From a virus (Duplodnaviria; Caudoviricetes), in the IMG/VR virus record IMGVR_UViG_3300027808_000110, positions 1 to 30,281 of that record: DNA of 30,281 bases; one strand, 5' to 3'. This document shows, one piece after another, positions 24,189 to 30,281 of this stretch. Below the pieces are notes generated by a model that searched no databases, was not told where the DNA came from, and was given only the letters and a program-made list of their open reading frames with translations. The position numbers and the translations under genes are program-made. Positions within the stretch are counted from its first letter, which is position 1. Each line of letters begins with the position of its first letter.

Positions 24189-25528
24189 AACTCAGACCGT
24201 ATCAGCAGGATTTATTCGACAGGATACGCTCAACCATCAATGGCGGAATTCGCAACCCAATTGTCGTATCACCTACGGGATCGGGCAAGACCGCGACATT
24301 CTCTTACATTGCCCACAGGACATCACAGGCTGGGAATCGCGTTTTGATTCTTGTTCATCGCAGCGAACTGGTCACCCAAACATCCGAAACACTACGCAAG
24401 TTTGAAGTAGATCACGGGATTATCCAGGCAGGCATCAAGCCGGATCCTGCCAAGTTAGTGCAGGTCGCTATGGTTCAGACTATTTCACGTCGAATAGTTT
24501 CCACATCACCACCGAGCTTGATTATCACGGATGAATGCCATCACTCAGCCGCGAATCAATACAAGGCGATTCTGACCGCATTTCCAGATGCCGTATCGAT
24601 AGGGTTTACTGCAACACCCGTGCGCCTCGACGGGAAAGGTCTATCAGATTATTTCGGTCAAATCATCATCGGTCAAACAGTTGAATGGCTTATGGAGAAC
24701 GGGTTTCTTGTTCGGCCGAAATACTACGCGCCGCCCGTTCAAGTTGTCCTCGATGGGATCAAGAAACGTGCCGGTGATTACGCACAGGATCAACTTGCTG
24801 CCGCAATGGACAAACCGTTCGTCACAGGTGATGCTGTCGCCCATTACAAACGAATTTGCCCGGATTCCCGTGCGGTTGCATTTTGCTGTAACATCTCTCA
24901 TGCTGAACACGTAGCAACTGAGTTTGAGTCAAACGGGATACCGAGTGGAGTAATTCACGGGCAATTGAAACCAGATGAGCGCAAAAAGATAGTCGAAGAC
25001 CTAACCTCTGGGGCAATCAAAGTCATGACCAGCGTTGATGTCGTCTCCGAGGGGTTTGACCTGCCATCTGCCGAGGTAGCGATTTTGCTGCGGCCGACGA
25101 CTTCGCTTGGTTTGCACTTACAACAGATCGGTCGGGTTTTGCGGCCGTCCGAAGGGAAACAAGCTGTTGTTTTGGATCATGTTGGCAATTTAAGCAGGCA
25201 TGGTTTAGCCGAGGATGACCGAGAATGGAGCCTCGACGGCATCGACAAAAAAGCCAAAAAGTCGGAATCGCTTGGTTTTAAACAATGCAAGCAATGCTTT
25301 TGCCTGCACAAGCCTGCGCCAGTTTGCCCAGAATGCGATTACGTCTACCCTGTGGCGAAACCACGTGAGATGACCTATATCGAAGCGAATCTGGAAGAAT
25401 TTACTCGCAAGCCAGTCAGCGAAATCCTAAAACACGTCAAAACTCGTGAAGACCTTAAGTTGATCGCAAAAAGCAAAGGCTATAAATCTGGATGGGTTTA
25501 CTACACAGCAAAAGACATGAGATTATGA
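24185..25528 (+). CDS. SF2 DExH helicase with C-terminal Zn ribbon
   Basis: LRPYQ, PTGSGKT, DECHH, TATP, EGFD and QQIGRVLR motifs; CKQC...CPEC. Confidence 0.95.
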   Translation: MKLRPYQQDLFDRIRSTINGGIRNPIVVSPTGSGKTATFSYIAHRTSQAGNRVLILVHRSELVTQTSETLRKFEVDHGIIQAGIKPDPAKLVQVAMVQTISRRIVSTSPPSLIITDECHHSAANQYKAILTAFPDAVSIGFTATPVRLDGKGLSDYFGQIIIGQTVEWLMENGFLVRPKYYAPPVQVVLDGIKKRAGDYAQDQLAAAMDKPFVTGDAVAHYKRICPDSRAVAFCCNISHAEHVATEFESNGIPSGVIHGQLKPDERKKIVEDLTSGAIKVMTSVDVVSEGFDLPSAEVAILLRPTTSLGLHLQQIGRVLRPSEGKQAVVLDHVGNLSRHGLAEDDREWSLDGIDKKAKKSESLGFKQCKQCFCLHKPAPVCPECDYVYPVAKPREMTYIEANLEEFTRKPVSEILKHVKTREDLKLIAKSKGYKSGWVYYTAKDMRL

Positions 25529-25869
25529 AAGAATCAGAAATCCAAAACCAAATTAGAATCGCTTGCAACACGGGTGACATTAGGCTCTGGAGAAATAATG
25601 TTGGAGTGGCAAAAACCAAACACGGCGTTATTAGATTTGGTATACCAGGCGAAGGCGGAAGTGATCTAATCGGATTCAAAACCATAACAATCACAGCCGA
25701 TCATATTGGAAAACAAATCGCAGTTTTTGCTGCTGTCGAATGCAAAGCACCCAAAGGCAAGCCCACTACAGAACAAACAAATTTTATCGAATTTATCCGC
25801 AATTCGGGCGGTTTAGCTGGAATAGCAAGATCAACCGAAGATGCAAAATCAATACTGAACGAATTATGA
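25525..25869 (+). CDS. VRR-NUC domain nuclease
   Basis: ESEIQ, RNNVG, GGSDLIG, VECK and EQ-x-x-F motifs; ATG 25525. Confidence 0.9.
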   Translation: MKESEIQNQIRIACNTGDIRLWRNNVGVAKTKHGVIRFGIPGEGGSDLIGFKTITITADHIGKQIAVFAAVECKAPKGKPTTEQTNFIEFIRNSGGLAGIARSTEDAKSILNEL

Positions 25870-28310
25870 GAATAGACAAAACGAAACTAAGAAACATCAA
25901 AGAATCCGCATCAAGAATTACCGCTCAATGTCCTGCCTGCGCTGAATGCGGAGACGACAACAACGGAGATCACCTTTTTATCTCCCCAGCAACGCAGAAA
26001 TTTGGCTGCGTTTTATACCAAGGTATCGATGGAGCCGATCATCGCAGGCGCATCTTCGATCTGGTCGGGATTGTCGATGACGCACCAAAACAGAAACAAA
26101 CTTACACCGCACTCCCAGCAGCTCCACCGAATGCACCCAAACCGAGCTTAAACCATTACAAGCACGGCAATCCTGTGGCACATTGGACTTACCATACGAT
26201 TGATGGAGCGATCGCTGGTATCGTTTCTCGTTATGATATCACGAACGGCAAGAAAGAAACCCTGCCGATGACATGGTGCAAGAACCAGAACGGAGAAACA
26301 TCTTGGCAATTTAAGGCGATGCCAGATCCAAGACCACTTTACGGGTTACCGTTCCAATCGGAACAGATCGTTTTGGTCGAGGGTGAGAAAACCGCCGAAG
26401 CAGTTCGGATGGCAGGTCACGAAGCTACCACATGGTCGGGCGGATGTGCTGCGATCCATAAGACCGATTTCACTACCTTAACCGGCAAGCACGTCACTCT
26501 CTGGCCCGACAACGATGAGCCTGGACAACGTGCCATGAAATCAATCGCGGCAATCATCAAACCATACGCAGCATCTATTTCGATTGTTTCGATTCCTCAC
26601 GGTCTGCCAAGCGGATGGGATGCAGCAGATACCACGGCCGATCACATTACTCAGCTTGTCGAGGGCGCGACTCAACCCAATCAAGCCGAAAACAAACAGG
26701 ATTGCTTTGAGTCATCCCAAACGCCAACGGATCGGATCGGATCGATGCCGTTTCGATTCCTCGGCATGGATGATGGGATTATGCGCTATATGCCGGACAA
26801 CGGGCAGCACATCGTCAGCCTAACGCCTGCGTCACATACCAAACTCAACCTTATCCAACTCGCTCCGCTCCAAGACTGGGAATCAACATTCCCGTCAAAA
26901 AACGGATGTGACTGGGACGCAGCATCTAACAGCCTAATCCAATTCTCACAATCCCTGCCCAAATTCGACCCACGGGCAATTCGCGGTCGAGGTTGCTGGA
27001 TCGATGGCGAGGATGTAGTCTACCATGCTGGTAACAAACTTGCAGTAAACGGCTCCATCCAATCGATTCCGTCTTACCTGTCACCGAGCATGGCGATTTA
27101 CGAATCCGGCTTGCAGATTGCGATCGATACCGAGGACGCTGCAACCAATGCCCATGCAGCCAAGATTATCGAGCTTTGTGACTCTCTGACATGGGATCAA
27201 CCGCTTTACGGCAAACTCCTTGCCGGGTGGATGGCATTATCTCCAATCTGCGGAGCTTTGAACTGGCGACCACATATCTGGATCACGGGATCGGCTGGAT
27301 CCGGCAAGACTTGGATTATGGGCAATGTCGTCAATCCGCTTGCAGGTAGATCGACCGTTTTCGTGCAGGGTAACACTTCCGAGGCTGGAATACGTGGTCA
27401 GCTTGGATGCGATGCTCTTCCTGTCTTATTCGATGAGGCCGAGGCTGAGAACCAGAGATCGATACCGCGAATGGAAGGCGTGATGGAACTAGCCAGACAG
27501 GCAAGCTCCGAATCGGGCGCAGGAATCGTCAAAGGCACTCAAAACGGTGGCAGCATCACTTACATGGTCAGATCAATGTTCTGCTTCTCATCAATCGGGG
27601 TCGCAGCTGTTAAGAAAGCCGATACAAGCCGGATATCCGTATTGTCGTTGAGAAAGTCGGATTCGCCATCACAATTTGAGAAAGTGAAGGAGATTTGGAG
27701 GCAAACCACAGCATCGCCCGTGTATTGCGCCAGGATACGTGCCAGATCGATCCGCAACGCAATCACGACCCGACACAACGCAGATGTGTTCTCGGCTGCT
27801 GCTGTGGCGTTTACGGGCGACAAACGCTCTGCTGACCAGATCGGGACTCTACTGGCTGGGGCATACTCGCTTACATCGACTAAAAAGATCACGGCCGAAT
27901 CTGCCACAGCTTGGCTATCAAAACAGGATTGGTCTGGATTCAAGGTTGACTCAATTGACTCCGACGAGAACCAATGCTGGTCGCATTTACTTAGCTCACC
28001 GGTCATCATTCAGCGTGAAAAATCCACCGAAACGATCTCAATCGACGAGGCTGTTTCTTGCTATTATAATTCCAAAAACCAAGACTATGAGGCAGCTTTA
28101 CGTCGAATCGGCATCAAAATTACCGAAAACGGGCTGATAATTGCCAATAATCACCAAGGTCTGGAGCGGATTTTTCGGGATACGGCATGGTCTGGATCCA
28201 AATGGAGGGGGCAATTACTCAGAATCGTTGGATCAGAATCACCTAAAAACCCGGTCAAATTTGGTCAAAACGTATTGCAAAGGGCTGTTTTTGTTCCGTT
28301 TTTGGCTTAA
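25866..28310 (+). CDS. Primase-helicase (Zn finger, Toprim, P-loop ATPase)
   Basis: CPAC...DHL Zn-binding region, Toprim VEGEK/WPDND/GWDAAD, Walker A GSAGSGKT, Walker B VLFDE; ATG 25866 (ATGA overlap). Confidence 0.9.
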   Translation: MRIDKTKLRNIKESASRITAQCPACAECGDDNNGDHLFISPATQKFGCVLYQGIDGADHRRRIFDLVGIVDDAPKQKQTYTALPAAPPNAPKPSLNHYKHGNPVAHWTYHTIDGAIAGIVSRYDITNGKKETLPMTWCKNQNGETSWQFKAMPDPRPLYGLPFQSEQIVLVEGEKTAEAVRMAGHEATTWSGGCAAIHKTDFTTLTGKHVTLWPDNDEPGQRAMKSIAAIIKPYAASISIVSIPHGLPSGWDAADTTADHITQLVEGATQPNQAENKQDCFESSQTPTDRIGSMPFRFLGMDDGIMRYMPDNGQHIVSLTPASHTKLNLIQLAPLQDWESTFPSKNGCDWDAASNSLIQFSQSLPKFDPRAIRGRGCWIDGEDVVYHAGNKLAVNGSIQSIPSYLSPSMAIYESGLQIAIDTEDAATNAHAAKIIELCDSLTWDQPLYGKLLAGWMALSPICGALNWRPHIWITGSAGSGKTWIMGNVVNPLAGRSTVFVQGNTSEAGIRGQLGCDALPVLFDEAEAENQRSIPRMEGVMELARQASSESGAGIVKGTQNGGSITYMVRSMFCFSSIGVAAVKKADTSRISVLSLRKSDSPSQFEKVKEIWRQTTASPVYCARIRARSIRNAITTRHNADVFSAAAVAFTGDKRSADQIGTLLAGAYSLTSTKKITAESATAWLSKQDWSGFKVDSIDSDENQCWSHLLSSPVIIQREKSTETISIDEAVSCYYNSKNQDYEAALRRIGIKITENGLIIANNHQGLERIFRDTAWSGSKWRGQLLRIVGSESPKNPVKFGQNVLQRAVFVPFLA

Positions 28311-28615
28311 TTGTAACCCAAAAATCGTCAAATTACGGTGTTTTTACCATGTTTGTAACCTTATTAGCAAGCTCAAACCCTTATAGAATAAGTAAAGTTA
28401 CAAAAAAGGTTACGGTTACGCTTTTCCATACACACTCATATAGAATTATACCTACCTATATCCCTTTACCCCTCCTATTATATATCTATTCTTAAATACG
28501 GGTGTAATAGTGTATCCTCCGCCAAAATCACCTAGAGCCATATCAAAAATCGAGGTTACACCCTCTGTAACCTAACCGTATCCTACCGTAACCAGAGATA
28601 ATCCTTGCAACCGCA
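28311..28615. repeat. Putative replication origin with GTAACC/GGTTAC iterons
   Basis: GTAACC at 28313, 28355, 28567, 28588; GGTTAC at 28408, 28414, 28554; AT-rich core; directly after the primase. Confidence 0.6.
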
Positions 28616-28639
28616 ACAAAACCGAATAGAACGAAACAT

Positions 28640-29032
28640 ATGAAATCCAAAGACATCATCACGCTACTACGCAAACGGCTTGAGCAGAACCAAGAACTGC
28701 TGGCATCAACCGAAGAAGACCTAGCCACGCTAGACCCAACCGGCTGGGAACATCGTGTTCAAATCCATCTCAAAGGCTATTACACGGGTCGCGTCGATGA
28801 GTTGATCGTATTGATTAACCGGGTTGATCCCTCCAAGACGCGACTGGAATACCCCATCTGGGTTTGCCACCCATGTGGCAACAGGCACGGGTTCAAAAAA
28901 TGCGGAGTCGCAACATGGCATGAGAATACCTGCGGAATCTGCGGTCAGATTACATCCGTAACCGAGCCGAGGGATTTCGGTCATCTAAAAAATAGCTGGA
29001 TGGAAGCGATCAGAAATGTGTTATCACATTAA
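28640..29032 (+). CDS. Hypothetical protein with C-terminal Zn finger
   Basis: 130 aa; coiled N-terminus, CHPCG...CGICG, TEPRDFG. Confidence 0.7.
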   Translation: MKSKDIITLLRKRLEQNQELLASTEEDLATLDPTGWEHRVQIHLKGYYTGRVDELIVLINRVDPSKTRLEYPIWVCHPCGNRHGFKKCGVATWHENTCGICGQITSVTEPRDFGHLKNSWMEAIRNVLSH

Positions 29033-29074
29033 AAACTTGCCATTATTCGGGATAATTTGAATATACGAACACAC

Positions 29075-29998
29075 ATGAAACAATACCGAACACTAAACGA
29101 CGGTGAAATCGTAATGGCTGGAGACGAATTCTGGGGCATTGACCGCAGCTGGACACCGGCTACCGAGATCGGCAAGAAGGTGACCAGTTACACCCATAAG
29201 ATGTATAGACGGCCGATGACCGAAACATCCAGTCAAACGACCGATACCTGCCCAGATTGCAGCGATATCCCTTGCGATTGTGGGTTGCCTGCTGGTTATC
29301 AATCCGATATACGCTTTGCTGCCAATTTCGCGCCGCACATTAAGGTTATGGAAGCGAGTAACGTTGCAGAGATAATTCAGCAGCGAGACGACTTACTGAG
29401 ATACAACGAGGCATTTAGGCAAGAGACATTGATCTGCTCAGATTGTGATGCGATCAGTAAAGAGGAATATGACCAAGCAATCCAGCAGCTGGACGCAGCA
29501 CAGAAGGAAATTGAACGCCTTCAATGTGCAGGCATACACAGCTGCCATGATAATTGTGAACGACCTAACTGCGTGTTGCGTAGGGAGATTAAAGCACTTA
29601 CTGAGCAGCGGGATGGATTACGTGCAGGTATTGATTACGCAAGCGATCAACTAACCGCCGTCACCGAGCAGCTAGACGAAATGACTCTGCGATGGGAGCT
29701 AACAAACGATTCCCTTTTCGACAAACGCGCTCTGGCGGACAGGCTGGCGGAGGAGCTAACCACAACACGGCAAGCTCACGATGTTGTCGTTTTAGCGTTT
29801 CGTAAAGTTGATGCCGAGCTAACCGCCGTCACCGAGCAGCGGGACAGGATGGCGGAGGCTTGCAAAGCACTCATGAAAATAGTCGGCGAACCAAACTCCA
29901 CAATAGATGATTGCTGGGTATCTGAGGATGAGATGGACGCAGCGTGGAACATGGGTAACGAAGCACTCGCAGCCGTGAAAGGAGGGGTAGATGAGTGA
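29075..29998 (+). CDS. Mosaic Cys-rich/coiled-coil hypothetical protein
   Basis: ATG 29075; repeated L-T-A-V-T-E-Q units and several Cys clusters. Confidence 0.7.
   Translation: MKQYRTLNDGEIVMAGDEFWGIDRSWTPATEIGKKVTSYTHKMYRRPMTETSSQTTDTCPDCSDIPCDCGLPAGYQSDIRFAANFAPHIKVMEASNVAEIIQQRDDLLRYNEAFRQETLICSDCDAISKEEYDQAIQQLDAAQKEIERLQCAGIHSCHDNCERPNCVLRREIKALTEQRDGLRAGIDYASDQLTAVTEQLDEMTLRWELTNDSLFDKRALADRLAEELTTTRQAHDVVVLAFRKVDAELTAVTEQRDRMAEACKALMKIVGEPNSTIDDCWVSEDEMDAAWNMGNEALAAVKGGVDE
29651..29840 (+). repeat. 22-bp exact direct repeat
   Basis: CTAACCGCCGTCACCGAGCAGC at 29651-29672 and 29819-29840. Confidence 0.9.
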
Positions 29999-30152
29999 AA
30001 TTACAATAACTCCGACAGAAACAATTGATGATAAGTGTCCTGATTGCGGAAGTGACATTTTTGCTTTATTTTATGTAGAAGAATGGGGGAGAACTTATTG
30101 CGAAGAATGTCTAGATATTCAAATTTCAAAATACCAACCAACCGAACCATGA
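29991..30152 (+). CDS. Small Zn-ribbon protein (not in the ORF track)
   Basis: 53 aa, MSEITIT...CPDCG...CEEC; preceded by AAAGGAGG. Confidence 0.7.
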   Translation: MSEITITPTETIDDKCPDCGSDIFALFYVEEWGRTYCEECLDIQISKYQPTEP

Positions 30153-30281
30153 ACAACACACCGACACCGAGAACTGATACAGAACACGCTCAATTTCCTA
30201 TGGGTGGATTCACTTTAGACTTCGCCCGCCAACTAGAACGCGAGCTAACCGCAGCACGGGAGGATGCGCGGTGGCTGGAGT
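30149..30281 (+). CDS. Hypothetical coiled-coil protein, truncated by the window end
   Basis: MNNTPTPRTD...DFARQLERELTAARED; ATGA overlap with the previous gene. Confidence 0.65.
   Translation, partial: MNNTPTPRTDTEHAQFPMGGFTLDFARQLERELTAAREDARWLE

Noticed and set aside
25740-25865. Upstream extensions of ORF calls (primase from 25740; similarly 2476, 13029, 16702, 18188, 21964, 23434, 25492, 29057)
   Set aside because: Downstream ATGs give ATGA/TAATG coupling or short gaps and avoid long overlaps with neighbouring genes or promoters.
29037-29065. Promoter TTGCCA-17-AATATA before 29075
   Set aside because: Plausible position but a poor -10 match; not enough support.
29651-29840. CRISPR array or att site
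   Set aside because: Only two exact copies, in frame inside a coding region, with no regular spacers, cas genes or integrase.
159-30058. Minus-strand ORFs in the track (for example 950..1471, 10235..10738, 27560..28009)
   Set aside because: All lie antisense to well-supported + strand genes and show no recognisable motifs; treated as shadow ORFs.
1-30281. Lysogeny module, tRNA genes or alternative genetic code
   Set aside because: No integrase or divergent repressor and no cloverleaf seen; genes are intact and densely packed under the standard code. The window is partial, so lifestyle is undetermined.

Overview
A 30.3 kb, partial genome of a tailed dsDNA phage (probably a siphovirus) with every credible gene on the + strand. 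Gene order: lambda-like DNA packaging and head module (TerS, GpA-type TerL, lambda-family portal, S49 protease, separate scaffold, major capsid), neck/tail module (tail chaperone with a lambda-type GGGAAAG -1 frameshift, short tape measure, tail fibre), lysis region (holin-like, DUF1353, Amidase_3) followed by a peptidase-like/metallophosphoesterase cassette, then an early/middle region (C5 DNA methyltransferase, RecE/DUF3799-like exonuclease, SSB-like protein, XRE HTH, SF2 helicase, VRR-NUC, Toprim primase-helicase, an iteron-like GTAACC cluster and small Zn-ribbon/coiled-coil genes). The last ORF is truncated. I saw no integrase, tRNA, CRISPR array or reverse transcriptase. The most striking feature is the methyltransferase locus: about 1.2 kb is open in two + strand frames that start at one overlapping ATGTG. 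Motifs I-VIII and X are in one frame; a motif IX-like segment and four W-[PA]-T-[PA] repeats are in the other. Also notable are a repeated TAAAC-N5-GTTTA operator-like promoter, several promoters placed for leaderless mRNAs, and a lysis cassette with no visible spanin. All family assignments come from motifs read by eye plus synteny, not from database searches.
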